Positions 25,480-37,511 of a stretch of DNA of 64,000 nucleotides are shown one piece after another. Location: NCBI GenBank assembly GCA_026914245.1, contig CP110439.1, positions 4,588,001 through 4,652,000 of the forward strand, given 5' to 3'. Origin of the DNA: Puccinia triticina (taxonomy: Eukaryota). Below the pieces are notes generated by a model. That model was not told the DNA's origin and did no database searches. It saw only the letters and a list, made by a program, of their open reading frames with translations. The position numbers were made by a program, and so were the translations under genes. The stretch's first letter is position 1. Every line of letters starts with the position of its first letter.

Positions 25480-27852
25480 ATGTCAGCCGATAAATTCCCA
25501 ATCCCTTTCGTCGAGAAATTCCACAAGGTCGCCTTAGACCCCTCGCAGCCCCAACTATCAGCCGACCAGAAATCAAAACTCCTCGAAAATATCTCCATCC
25601 TCCGAGATGCTATCGTCTTCTTCACGGCAACCGGCGCTGCGCGCGGCGTGAGTGGCCACACTGGAGGTCAGCTGTTTCTCTGTTGGTGCATGATGATTTA
25701 GACCGCTCTTCCTGACTAGACTAAATCATCCATTCAGGGCCGTTTGATACCGTCCCCGAGGTCTGCTTACTCCTGGCCCTCTTTGCCAGTGACCCGGACG
25801 GCAAAAAGTTTGACCACACCTTCTGGGATGAGGCCGGACATCGTGTGGCAACCCAATACCTGGTCGCCGCCCTCGAGGGCCATCTTCCAGCCGAGCAATT
25901 GATGATGTACCGTGAAGCAGATTCGAAACTGCCCGGCCATCCCGAATTGGGCCTCACCCCTGGCGTCAAGTTCAGCAGTGGTCGTCTAGGCCACATGTGT
26001 TAGTACTTGTTTTTCACTTTTTGGGGATGTTGGTCCGAACAAGTCTTCTAATTATATCCTCTCTGACGCACCTACAGGGCCTCTTGTCAATGGTGTTGCA
26101 ATGGCAAACCGAGAGAAGACTATCTTTTGTTTGGGCTCAGACGGCTCTCAGCAAGAGGGCAACGATGCCGAAGCTGCCCGGCTGGCTGTGGCCCAAAATC
26201 TAAACGTCAAACTGTTGATCGATGACAACGATGTGACGATTGCTGGACACCCCAGTGTCTACATGAAGGGCTACGAAGTCAGCAAGACGCTCGAGGGACA
26301 CGGCTTGAAGGTCTTCCATGCCGAGGGTGAAAACATCGACTCGCTTTGGGCCGGGCTCTGCTCGGTCATTCAATGTCAAGGTCCGGCGGCATTGATCGCC
26401 AAGCGAGTCATGTGTCCAGGAATCCAAGGCCTCGAAGGCAGCAACCACGGACATGACGTCATTCCCGTTCCAAAGGCCATTTCATGTCAGTCTAGAGTCA
26501 CTGGATCCCCCACCCTTTGTCGATTCTCTTCTGACAGTTATGGTTGACTCCAGACCTCAAGGACCGGCCGTATGGAGAGGCAGCAGCCAAGATCCTCAAC
26601 TCTCTTACTCCGTCCGCTTCGCCCTATCTCTACATCGGCAGCACCAAGGAGAAAGACGCATGCCGAGTCCAGTTCGGGAAAGCAGTCAACATGGTCTTGG
26701 ACAAGCTCTCAAAGGAGGAAGCCAAAGAGAAGGTCATGGTCATCGACTCCGATCTCGAGGGCTCCACGGGACTCAAGGCGATCCGCGAATCACATCCCGA
26801 GGTCTTCGTACCCTCTGGGATCATGGAACGTGGAAACTTCTCCGCCGCTGCCGGATTCGGGTTCGAAAAGGGGAAAGTTGGTATCTTCAGTACCTTTTCG
26901 GCCTTCCTGGAAATGTGTTGCTCGGAAATCACTATGGCTAGGTAAGCGCTTCTTCAACAATTTAAATACAGTCGTCGGATATTCCTGAGCACTGACACCA
27001 TTTGGGTGCAATTCTGCTTTACTCAGACTTAACAGATGTAACGTGTTATGTCACTTTTCCCACAGTGGAGTGGATGAAATGTGTGATAACACATGTACGT
27101 TCTGAGTATCCGGACTGGACAACTCCAAAGTGACTTACTAACAGCAAACTCATGTTGATTGGTACCCTAGGCCATTTCGGGTTGAACACTTTCTTTGCCG
27201 ACAACGGTCTGGAAGATGGATACCCCACTCGTCTTTACTTCCCCGCGGACGTCCACCAGATGACTGCTATTGTCAACAAGGTCTTCTGGGACATGGGCTT
27301 ACGGTTTGTCTTCTCGACAAGATCCAAGGTTCCGAATATTTTGAAAGAGGGAAGCCAAGAGCATTACTTTGGCGGGGATTACGAATTCATGCCTGGAAAG
27401 GACGAAGTAAGTCTTCTATTGGAAGGATCCTTTGTTTCTTTTTGACGAGTCAACTGACGATCTTTCTCAATGTCCAGTTTATTCGTCGGGGTAAACTCGG
27501 AACAGTGATCTGTTTCGGAGAGATCGTGCACCGAGCATTAGATGCAGTAGACCGGCTGCGGGAGGAAGGATTCGACGTGGGTCTGGTGAACAAGTCGACG
27601 TTGAACGTGATCGACGAGGAGGCGATGGCCGAGTACGGCAGGCAGAAGTTCGTCCTTGTCGTCGAGAGCTTGAACCAGAAGACCGGCTTGGGCAGCAAGA
27701 TGGGCACCTGGCTCTTGGAGCGTGGCCTGACCCCCCGATACGGCTACTTGGGCACTAATAAGGAGGGCTGTGGCGGCTTGAGCGCCCAGATCTTCCACCA
27801 AGGCTTGGACCCTGCTAGCATCATCCGCAAAGTCAAGGTTTTGGCCGCCTAG
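25480..27852 (+). CDS. Transketolase-family thiamine-diphosphate enzyme, 640 aa, 7 exons
   Basis: Exons 25480-25666, 25738-25998, 26078-26485, 26554-26941, 27027-27094, 27171-27406, 27478-27852 total 1923 nt, in frame, with all introns GT-AG. Motifs: SGHTGG, DEAGH, LPGHPE, SGRLGH, SDGSQQEG...DDN (ThDP motif), DSDLEGS, GIMERG, STFSAF. Confidence 0.92.
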
Positions 27853-29554
27853 TTCAAATCTCTCCTCCCCCCCCCCTCTTGATCAATTTGCATATAAATA
27901 TAAACACATTCTACACGTTTTGACCACATGTTCGGATGATTGGTTTATCAACCTCTTTTTGATCGATACCTCTTTCTCCGTCTTCACACAATATATGAAA
28001 CACACGTCCTGCATGCCTGGCCTTTGGGCCCGGGTGGATTTCGGATTCTTCAGTCACCCCTCGTCCGCCACGCGCCTCTTGTCTTCACTTGACCACCTGC
28101 ATTAAGCCGCCATTTCTCTTGATACTCATTGGCATGTTTGCCTTTTTTGACCGAACACTTGCATGCCGTGTTTGATCGTGGGTTTTGCACAACCCATACA
28201 TCAATTTGAGAGCATCTCTACTGTGGTGTAGTTTTCGGATATACCCCTCTCGTGGGGCCCAGAAAAATGACATAGGAGTGCACCTGAGAGGATGCTGCTT
28301 ATCCACCGCAAGGGCTGTATTGACTGGGGAAAGTTGCCTGATTACAAGGGGTGTGTTGTATGTGAGAGTTTGTGAAGGTGGGAAGGATCACATGGGATAG
28401 GGCAATAGGGCAACAGGGCAACGCTCTGTTGTGCCCACAAAGGGTTTGAGGGTGACTTGTTTGGAGCAAGCCTGACTCATTTGTCTCTGGACAAATCCAA
28501 TCCTTGTGTGGAGTGCCATGAAGTCTACAGCCTCCCTCATTCATGTACTATCATATCTCACTACAAGAAAAACTTGCGCAACTGCCAGCAGTTGACATGC
28601 AAGATACTTCTGTGTAGCCCTTGTTCTAGCTCCACCCAAGCACTCAACAGTCTTTTTTTGTACAGTCACTGTGCATCATGCACCCAGGCTGATGCTTTTC
28701 ACGACTTGTTCAGGGCCTGTCCGCTCGCCGATCAGAATCCCCGGTGGCTCGCTGACCGTTCGTTGTTGGCGATGAAGCTATTAGCAGCGTCTCAGCGGTG
28801 AGTTTCTTTACATTAAGCTTCTGCTATCTCATCCAAAAGCTGACGGCCCTCTCCTAGATTCTGGCCCCGAGTACCGAGCAACTTCACCCGAGTACTGAGG
28901 CTTCGGGAGGGGAGAGCCCCCTGTTGGCTTCTGTTGATGGGCCCGCGATACCTCCGGGTCTCGTCGGGCTTCATCCTCGTTTGCGGACCCCAACGCCGTT
29001 CTGTCCTTATAGTTTGCCTGAGGCCAGCGAAGCCATGCTGGTTTCTCCGGTCTACCGTCCTCGGAGCCCTGGGTGTTGCCCGAATCTTAACTCGTCGGTT
29101 CATTGACCCACATCATCGGATGGTGCACATTCTCCGGTAAGCTGCTGTTCATTTGTTCCAATACTGCTGCTCCGAGGCTGACGACTGGCTTTAGCAGATA
29201 CTATTTGTGGTGAACCAGGTATGTGGGTAACGATGGATATCAATGACAATCAGCCTCAGCCCGGACAAGGTCCGGGATGAGGTAGATACCGCGACTGCGG
29301 CGAGTGTCAGAGTGCGTAGCCCGCTGGGCTACAACACCCCCCCTCTCGCCGTAGACGCGGTATCCTGTACAACAAGATACTCACAAACAGGAGAAAAAAA
29401 ACAGAGTAAAACTGAAAACAAAATTTTGTAGATGAAAGAAAAACAGTCGAAAAAAGAAAAGGAAATATTGAGAGATAAGGAGAATATAGAAGCATACGTT
29501 GAGTCAAAATATGAGACAAAGGAGACATCAAAAGAAAAAAAAGAAAATAAAAAA

Positions 29555-31978
29555 CTAAGTCATCATGATCTTCCTTCGTAAAGTAACAAAACTCTCCGGG
29601 GGCATGCCTTTGGTAAAAATGTCAGCCAACTGTTCTTTTGTACCTACCCACTCCAGCGTAGTTTTCTTTTGGAAAAGCGCTTCATTTGTGATATAAAAAT
29701 CTCTGTCAGTGTGACGCGTCCGCTTGTTGGACGCGTCATCAGTGGATACTTTAATGGCAGACTGGTTATCACAAAACAAATGGCCTACAAAATCTTTCTT
29801 CAGAACGTCGCGCAGCAAGTGACGGACCCACAAGGTCTGCCGCGTCGCTACTCCAAGGGCCATGTACTCCGCGTGGCAAGTCGACGAGGCCACTGACTGC
29901 TGTCTCCGGGAAACCCAAAGGACCGGGCAATTGAGGAACATTACCAGAACACCGTAAGATGACCTGGAGAACTCTCCTCCCCAAGAAGCATCTGCAAAAG
30001 TCTTCAGCTGCTTAGTATCAGACGACGGAAAAAGACAAAGGGTAAGGTCTTTGCTCCCGGCAAGGTAATTTACCAGGTGTTTCACTCCTTTCCAGTGATT
30101 CACACCTGGTTTGGCCGCAAAACGCGCCAAGTAGTTGACTGCGAAGCACAAATCCGGCCGCGTTCCCACCGCCAAATAGCTAAATGAGCCAATCACCGAC
30201 AAAAATTTTCCGGAGTCTTCTGCCACGCCGTCAGCGTCCGTCGTCGCGTTGAAACCCGCCGGAAGAGGAGTCGCCGCCGTAGTAACTCCATCCCAATGTT
30301 CCGCCAGAATGCCGGCCACTAGATCTTTCTGGCAAAGTTCGAATCCACGCCCCGTGCGCTTCACGTTCAAGCCGACAATTGCATCGATCCCGTGACTCCA
30401 CTTGATCTTGAGGATATCTTTAAGATCATGTTCCAGCTTCTTTAGCAGCGCATCACTCGAAGCTGTAACAACACCGTCGTCCACATGTAGCCAAACTACT
30501 CCTGCTTTGTCCGGGTGTCGGAGGACATACAGGCTGTTATCGTACTGGGACGGCGAATAGCCAAACTTGTCCAGTAGGCCCTTGAGATGAAGCCACCAGC
30601 ATCTTGCCGCTTGTCGCGTCCCGTACAGCGCTTTTTTCAGTAGCAGTGCATGTCCAGGCGGCGTTTCCATGCCTTCTGGCGGTTTCACCCAAACTTCTTC
30701 TTCTATCGGGGAGTTCAGATAGGCGGCCACGAAATCGAAAGACTGGACCGGCCATCCGTACGCTGCCGCAATCACTAGCAGGAGCCTGAGGGAGACAAAT
30801 GTTGCGGTCGGGGCAAAGGTGGCGTTGAAATCCTCTCCTTCGACTTGAGTAAAACCCTTTGCGACATAGCGGGCCTTGAAACGTAGGCCTTCTCCGTTTA
30901 CGTCCGGCTTCGTCGCAAATACCCACCTGCCCCCTAAGGCCTTTTTATCCTCTGGTTTCAGCTTCAACACCCACACCCTCATTTGTTCCAAGTTAGAGAG
31001 TTCAATCGCAATAGCTTTCGACCACGCATCCTTCTCTGGAGAGTTCATTGCTTGTTTGAAATTCTTTGGAACTGATATCGCATAGAATTGGCATAAGTCG
31101 ATGATCTTGTCAACGATCAACTCCTGGTTTGTGAATTCTATTTCTTGCAAGAAGTCCCCAAGCTGAAGAATATTCATGATATATTCAACCGAGAGCTTAG
31201 AGGCAGTTGGTTGGTCCGTGATTGGAGCCGGAGGAGTCGCATCAGATACACCGGCTGTCTTTTTGCATACCGGCACATTCGCCAGATCGGCCGGGAAACG
31301 AACCATTGCCGAGCTCACAAAACGCTTCTGATCCGGTAACCAAAACAACCACCCTTTGCTCTGTTCAAGGTGGGCAATCACATGTCCCTTAACGGCCCGT
31401 TCGTCTAGTTTCTTGCGCTTTTCTTGAGGAATATGCACATAACCGGTACTCCCGAAAACTCGAAAGTTGTCGTACTGAGGTTTTCGATCAAACATTGCCT
31501 CATAGGGAGTCTTCTCACCGCTTGCCTTGTTTGGGATCCGGTTTAGCACGTAAGTCGCCCAGACAAACGCATAGCTCCAGAAGTCCTTCGAAAGAGGGCT
31601 ATCAAAAAGAATTGTGCGGCCCATGTCCGCCACCGTCCTGTTGAAACGCTCAATCACTCCGTTCTGATAATGATGATATGGCAGCGCCTTCTCAGCCCCA
31701 ATGCCCTGCTTCGCCAGGAAATCGTTCAGTTTCTGGTTGGCAAATTCGCCACCGTTGTCGCTCCTCAATGTACGCACTCGCTTTCCGGTTGCCTGCTCCA
31801 GTCTGGTTATTGTGTCAATGATATGTTGATTTGGTTCCGACTTCTTCTTCAACACTTTCACAAACGCGTATCCTGTCGCAATGTCCCTCATCGTCAGAAG
31901 GTATTTGCCGCCGTCTATCGAATCAACTTGAAAAGGTCCCATGAGATCTGCCACTAACACATCCAAACAATCTGCAAC
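29555..31978 (-). CDS. pol: Copia integrase-reverse transcriptase-RNase H (3' part of the polyprotein)
   Basis: DLMGP, LRSDNGGEF, QNGVIER, KARYVAKGFTQ, KKALYGTRQA, LHVDD, FADASW, STCHAEY, QLADIFTK. Confidence 0.95.
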   Translation of the reverse strand, partial: VADCLDVLVADLMGPFQVDSIDGGKYLLTMRDIATGYAFVKVLKKKSEPNQHIIDTITRLEQATGKRVRTLRSDNGGEFANQKLNDFLAKQGIGAEKALPYHHYQNGVIERFNRTVADMGRTILFDSPLSKDFWSYAFVWATYVLNRIPNKASGEKTPYEAMFDRKPQYDNFRVFGSTGYVHIPQEKRKKLDERAVKGHVIAHLEQSKGWLFWLPDQKRFVSSAMVRFPADLANVPVCKKTAGVSDATPPAPITDQPTASKLSVEYIMNILQLGDFLQEIEFTNQELIVDKIIDLCQFYAISVPKNFKQAMNSPEKDAWSKAIAIELSNLEQMRVWVLKLKPEDKKALGGRWVFATKPDVNGEGLRFKARYVAKGFTQVEGEDFNATFAPTATFVSLRLLLVIAAAYGWPVQSFDFVAAYLNSPIEEEVWVKPPEGMETPPGHALLLKKALYGTRQAARCWWLHLKGLLDKFGYSPSQYDNSLYVLRHPDKAGVVWLHVDDGVVTASSDALLKKLEHDLKDILKIKWSHGIDAIVGLNVKRTGRGFELCQKDLVAGILAEHWDGVTTAATPLPAGFNATTDADGVAEDSGKFLSVIGSFSYLAVGTRPDLCFAVNYLARFAAKPGVNHWKGVKHLVNYLAGSKDLTLCLFPSSDTKQLKTFADASWGGEFSRSSYGVLVMFLNCPVLWVSRRQQSVASSTCHAEYMALGVATRQTLWVRHLLRDVLKKDFVGHLFCDNQSAIKVSTDDASNKRTRHTDRDFYITNEALFQKKTTLEWVGTKEQLADIFTKGMPPESFVTLRRKIMMT

Positions 31979-34483
31979 TCAGAGGGTGGAAGCTAAAGGA
32001 TTAATTCTCGTGCTTTTACTTATTGCACAGACCGGGCAATGAATTTTTCCAACAGGCAACTGTTCCGGTAGGCCTAGACCCAGATCAGACTTAATTATGC
32101 GCCTTATGTGCCTGAGGCTGGCATGGCCAAAAGCCCTGTGATAATACAGAAGCTTCACCTCGTCTGGCGTCAGCGTCTCTGGCTTCCACTGATAATCAGT
32201 GGCTTGCCCCAACGGCTCTTTAAAAATCTCATCTCCCGTCAGCTCAGTTTTGGAGGACATAACTGTGATATTATTTGCTTCAGATAGTGGGAGCTGGGTT
32301 AACACAACTGACGGACTGATCTTAGAAGCGGAAGAGGAAAGAAAATGAGACGGAGAAACAGAAGAAGGAAAAGATAGGGAGCTGTTATGGGCATTGGAGG
32401 TGTGCGTCGTGGGAGAAAATGCCAGAGGACTCGCACTGGAGTAGAGGACATGGAGTTCGGGCGTCGCGCTTGTCCTTTTTGTGTCCGCCCTGATCATTGG
32501 GTAGGGCATGCACCAACGGTTTTTCTTGGGTTCAAAGACACAGTCAAACAGTCGCTCTCCGGATGCACGCGAGATTTGAAAAGTGTCTGTCACATTATCG
32601 TAAGACACCAAAGCATTATCCTTGCGCAGTGCCGCCATGGATATGAGGGTGGTCTTTGCCTGCTCACAGTACAGTACATGTCTCAGGACAATAATGGCCC
32701 CATCAGGGGTCTTGAACTTCAGGGCTCCCACGCCTGTGATCGATGATCCTGACCCACTGGTAGCTACCGAGACACCGATAGGTTTGGGAAGAGAACGGAA
32801 ATCATGAAGGAGAAATTTAGATCCGGTGAAACCATGAGAGGCACCGGTATCAAAAATGGCAGCTTCACTTACTAGGTCCTCTCCAAGCGCCATGGAGTGA
32901 AAGTCAAGATCATCCAAATCGTCAGGTAGCCCGTTGACCTCCACAATATGAGCTTCAACCCCCTTCTTCTCCGGGATAGAGGATCCCGGATCCGCCTGCT
33001 GCAATTGCCTGCCGTTGTTCTGGTACCTCGGCCGGTAATAGTCCGCAAGGTTTCTTGCATGCTGTTGATTCCTTGAGGGCGGGAACTGGGACTTTTTGAA
33101 GTTCGTGCGGGGAAAACGGGATGAGCTGATCGAGGCGGCACTTGGGAGATGACCGTAGATTGTTCCAACAATGGTGCCCATTGGCGTACCGAAACGCTTG
33201 TTGGATTGAGTCGACTGTTGTGGCTCCGGGCAATTCCTCGCGTAGTGGTTCTCACCCCCACACTGCCAGCATTTATGCGCAGTGAGAGCATAGAAATCGA
33301 GTGCATCTACCCAGTCCTGCTCATCGACATCCGCAAGAAAGGCTGATACGTCGAAACTGTCGAAAGTCGCAACCGCGGTGGAGAGCGCCGTCGGGGGCGC
33401 CTTAGTCGCGAACTCCTGTTTCACATCAGAGGACAACTCTACCGTATGCTTATGTTGATCCTTGCATATGTCGAGTGCTTTCATGATCGAATCGAAAGTT
33501 GGGCATCGGCCTTGCTTGTCGTCTTGCACTAGTTGTTCCACCCGCAATTCGAACGCCTTCTTGTACTCCGCATCCGATTCCATCACAGCCGATTGAAGGA
33601 CGAAACCCATAAACGCATCCATTCCGAACTTGACATTGACTGCTGTCCACTCCGCTTGTAGATCACGCAGCGTCGAGGCAATCCCGGCATTGTGTCCGTT
33701 CGGGTCAATCGTGAAACGCCTGAACTTGTAGTAGATTGACATCTGAGCCGCCCGGGACGATGTCTTGAACTTATCGAACAGGGCCGTGTACATCGCAAAG
33801 CACGTCGGGAGCTGTTGCATTTCCGCAACCAGCGACTGATCGATGCTGGAGATGAGTAAGGCCCGCACAATTTTCTCGTAGGTTGAGTTTTCGCACGCTG
33901 TGATGAAAAAACGGGCGTCATCGACTGCCGCTCTCCCGACTTCAGCCAGATTGCGATACCAGTCAGCAAAGTTCGCTCCATCCGCCTTGAGCGTGTTGAC
34001 TTGTCGGAACTGTGCTTTGCCTGTTTGGATCGCCACACCGACCAACTTGCTTTGTTTCAGAAGGAACTCGGCCTCCTCGAAATCGCGAACTTGCTTTGCT
34101 AGCTTGGCGTCCAGACGTTCCTGTCGACCCGTGTCTACGACTAGAGGAGGCACAGCTACATTCGAGCTTCTGGTAGGATGGGCAGACTCAGACGGCAACC
34201 GTGGGTCCATATGCGGTGGAAGTTGTCGATCGTCTATCAGGGCAGGCTGTCGTTGCTTACCTGCCCGGATTTCCGTGGCTCGACGGCCCGCACTGGCTGT
34301 CGTCTCTGGGCTAGGCGGCAGGCGCTCGAACTGTGACTGAAGAACGGCGATGTCTTCTTCCAGACGATTCCTGTGTGATAAGTCATCAATGTGCCAGTTC
34401 GACGATCCTGCCGCTCCAGATGTCGATTGTTGATTCGTCCTGGGATCCATCGTTCGGCGTAGTCGGCAAGGGAAAGTATTCAA
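31979..34483 (-). CDS. gag: Copia gag-protease-pre-integrase (5' part of the polyprotein)
   Basis: CCHC knuckle CWQCGGENHYARNC, protease IFDTGASHG, HHCC motif HRAFGH...CPVC. Ends at an in-frame TGA 12 nt before the next ORF. Confidence 0.9.
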   Translation of the reverse strand: MNTFPCRLRRTMDPRTNQQSTSGAAGSSNWHIDDLSHRNRLEEDIAVLQSQFERLPPSPETTASAGRRATEIRAGKQRQPALIDDRQLPPHMDPRLPSESAHPTRSSNVAVPPLVVDTGRQERLDAKLAKQVRDFEEAEFLLKQSKLVGVAIQTGKAQFRQVNTLKADGANFADWYRNLAEVGRAAVDDARFFITACENSTYEKIVRALLISSIDQSLVAEMQQLPTCFAMYTALFDKFKTSSRAAQMSIYYKFRRFTIDPNGHNAGIASTLRDLQAEWTAVNVKFGMDAFMGFVLQSAVMESDAEYKKAFELRVEQLVQDDKQGRCPTFDSIMKALDICKDQHKHTVELSSDVKQEFATKAPPTALSTAVATFDSFDVSAFLADVDEQDWVDALDFYALTAHKCWQCGGENHYARNCPEPQQSTQSNKRFGTPMGTIVGTIYGHLPSAASISSSRFPRTNFKKSQFPPSRNQQHARNLADYYRPRYQNNGRQLQQADPGSSIPEKKGVEAHIVEVNGLPDDLDDLDFHSMALGEDLVSEAAIFDTGASHGFTGSKFLLHDFRSLPKPIGVSVATSGSGSSITGVGALKFKTPDGAIIVLRHVLYCEQAKTTLISMAALRKDNALVSYDNVTDTFQISRASGERLFDCVFEPKKNRWCMPYPMIRADTKRTSATPELHVLYSSASPLAFSPTTHTSNAHNSSLSFPSSVSPSHFLSSSASKISPSVVLTQLPLSEANNITVMSSKTELTGDEIFKEPLGQATDYQWKPETLTPDEVKLLYYHRAFGHASLRHIRRIIKSDLGLGLPEQLPVGKIHCPVCAISKSTRINPLASTL

Positions 34484-36369
34484 GAGTTGTGGGAGGGAAA
34501 AAAGGAAAGAAATGAAGGGTTAATGGTGGTTTGATGTAAGGGAAAGATTAGGGAGAGGAACGAGGAAAATAGAAAAAGAAAAAGAATTGTAAGAGATGTT
34601 CGGATAGATGGGAAAATGAACAGAAGATAGATAGAGATATGTATGTAGATTATGGATTTTCAAGGGGTGGAATACGATTTTTGGGAGAATAGAGAGATAT
34701 GTGAAGTTGTCGATGTGGGGAGAGAGATAACAGAAAAACTTGAGGAGGTCGGAAAGGAGTCGGTCCACGGGTTGGAGATGAAATAGAGACTCAAGTTCTC
34801 CCTCTTAGAAAGACAATAGCGAACAGGACCGGGCCACAGTCCTGTTTTCGGGAAGATGGCTAGTCACCCTACCCACTGAAAATCTCCGAGAAAAAACTTT
34901 CCTCTCTATAACACCGGTGAGATTGTTGCCAAAAGTTTGTTGAGTTTCCGGATTGACCAAAACGATTAAGTTGAGACCAAGAAAACCTTGTCAACCTTCT
35001 GGCTGGTGATTAGTCAGTCAGATAAGCAAGCGGATTAGGCTCGGTGATCGACAGAGGTTGAGTTGAGGTAAAAGGGATAAGCTTTTAAGTTGGTCCGGAT
35101 GATTAGGCCGGCTGCAGTCTGTTAGACAAGAAAGTTAAAGATATATAAGCGTCAAGGGCTCATAACCTGTGGTGAACCAGGTATGTGGGTAACAATGAAT
35201 ATCAATGACAATCAGCCTCAGCCCGGACAAGGTCCGGGATGAGGTAGATACCGCGACTGCGGCGAGTGTCAGAGTGCGTAGCCCGCTGGGCTACAACACT
35301 ATTGTCCAACCGAGTCGTCTTTGATGATTCTTGGGCCAACCCCGCATCTTGGATGCACCTTCCAATACCGCCTCGTCCGTGTGATACCCCTGCGCCGGGT
35401 GAAGACCACCACCCAATTGAGGTTGACTTGTCTGCTGCCGCCTCCCATGGAAGCTTGGAAGCTTCTCCGACTGACGCAGTCCAAACCTGAGAGTGCCAAG
35501 TCTAGCCACCAAGATCAACAGAGCAACCCTGAGTACCCCTGAATCCCTTCACCTGCCGTTTGCTGTGACTACAGCATCACCAAGTACCTGTTCCTTTGCC
35601 GCCATCAAGTCAAAGCCATCCTGACTCATTGTCACAGCCTTGTTCCCGCGGATCGCCGTTCTGTCAAACCAGCTGTTCTTTTCGAACTTAACACAAGTCC
35701 CTCGCTGCTGCAGGCGTCTGGTCTTGCAAAGCAAGCCTCCGATAGCCCTCGGCAGGAGGGACTTGCGCGCTATCAGAGCATCTCCAACGGTCCAGGGGTG
35801 GATTGGGTTGCCTCTAGCGGCCCGCAACCAGATGTCCCGGACTGTCACACATCTACAGCAATGTCAGGAAAGCTTGCAGCCAGCTTTTGGACCGCTGATT
35901 TCAGCCTCAAAGCCTGTATGGCTCCTGTACGTCAGGAATGCCATCAGAAGAAAAAACCCAGTTTCTTTGTTTTCCACTTTGGGGCCTTGAGGGCCCCACC
36001 ATTGGATTCCTGGAGTGATTTTACTTCGATCCGGCCCTCTGCCGCCCCTGCCCCCCTCGCCCCTCGCCCGGCCCGGCACCCATGTCAAGCAAAACCAGCT
36101 GCCTGAACGGGTTTTGTCTGCCTGTACAGTGAGGCTGTACAGGCCTGTGGCTGAAATGCAGAAGTCATTTCAGCCACAAAATTAGGCAAGCTTTTCTGAC
36201 ATTGCTGTATCACAACAGTCCAAATAATGGACTGTCCAAACCAAGCCAGGGTGAGTTGGCCTGCCAGGTAGAAACCCAGCAACAAGCGCTCATCCTCCGA
36301 CTCAAAAAACACGAATCCTCCGTCAATATGGACCCAATTGAGTACCTGGAGTGGATCAAAGATGAAACA

Positions 36370-36520
36370 GAAGAACTAATGCGGTGCAGAGAAGTTTATC
36401 TTCTTCAATGGTCCAGCAAGGATTTCGGGTTTTGGTACCCTTGGTTGTTTGGTCTTTGACAGGAGCTGAAAATTGAGGAGTTGGAGGGGGTGATTTGTTG
36501 GTGGCACCGGTGGTGTTGTC
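36370..36520 (-). pseudogene. Myb/SANT-like fragment (possible Harbinger-associated DNA-binding gene remnant)
   Basis: TRNPCWTIEEDKLLCTA resembles the first helix of a Myb-like domain. Truncated, and adjacent to a Tourist-type MITE. Confidence 0.4.
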
Positions 36521-36840
36521 CATGGTGTGATGAGTCGAGGTCGTATGATTTCGCGGTCGAGCGGTCGATATGTTGGGGAAGTGGTGTTGATGGCGGCTTG
36601 CCCAGAGCTGCCAAAAGAGGCAGCCTCGAGCGGGTTTCATCCACCCCCGCGAACTTTGGCAGCCCTTTTGGCGGGTCCGCTGGAGGCCAAAAACGCCTTC
36701 CGGCCCGCCAAAGTTGGACTCAGGTCGCGCGACAGCGGCTCCGTTGGAGATGCTCTCACCCCCTTTCGCAGAGCCTAGAAACTCCATTTGGCTGGGTGGT
36801 TTTTTCAAACCATCACAGTTTCTTGCATTCATAACATCAA

Positions 36841-37225
36841 GGCCTTGTTTGGAGCCAATATAAATTTAGGTGATATAATCATTTGTAAATTCAATAAAAA
36901 ATACAAAACTCAGCATAAAGAATCCAATTTTTTTTGTAGGAAACATACAGTACTGGTCTCATCATCTATGAAGTCAGATTTAACTGATTCAGCCATCTTC
37001 AGCATCATAATACCATTATATTGCTTTGTTTTGGTCAAAAGCAATATAATGGCACTACAGTAATGAATATGGCTGAATCAGTTGAATCTAACTTCATAAT
37101 TGAAGAGACCAGTATTGTAGGTTGCCTAGAAAAAATATTTGGAGGCTTTGTGTTGAATTTTGTAGTTTTCATTGAATTAACCAATGATTATATCACCTAT
37201 ATTTATATCGGCTCCAAACAAGGCC
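36841..37225. mobile_element. PIF/Harbinger (Tourist-like) MITE, 385 bp
   Basis: TIR GGCCTTGTTTGGAGCC / GGCTCCAAACAAGGCC; arms are inverted over most of the length; flanks CAA/TAA (TWA-type TSD with 1 mismatch). Confidence 0.85.
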
Positions 37226-37511
37226 TAAACCTTAATTATTTGCTTGGCCTAGAGCCTTGCTTCTTGCCTGTCATCTGATACAATCTTAGTTATTTTACAC
37301 AGCTCCTTCAAATAGAAATAAATTTTCAAAGTTGACCAAACCTTGGAATTTACTGAAGTCAAGTAACAGAAGAGATCTGTGCTCAATGACATATACATGT
37401 TTTTTTTTTGCCTTATGGTCAAGCCTCTGAGCCCTTGATCGCCACACAGACCCGCCATCAAGACCGTATAACCCTCTGATGACCGGTGAAGACCGGTCAT
37501 CAAGAGTAGAT

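Larger units (their letters stand above)
29206..35298 (-). mobile_element. Full-length Ty1/Copia LTR retrotransposon
   Basis: 131-bp LTRs at 29206-29336 and 35168-35298 (TG..CA, 2 mismatches); 5-bp TSD CTATT; PBS GGTTATGAGCCC at 35167-35156; PPT GAGAGGGGGGG next to 29337; domain order gag-PR-IN-RT-RH. Confidence 0.97.
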
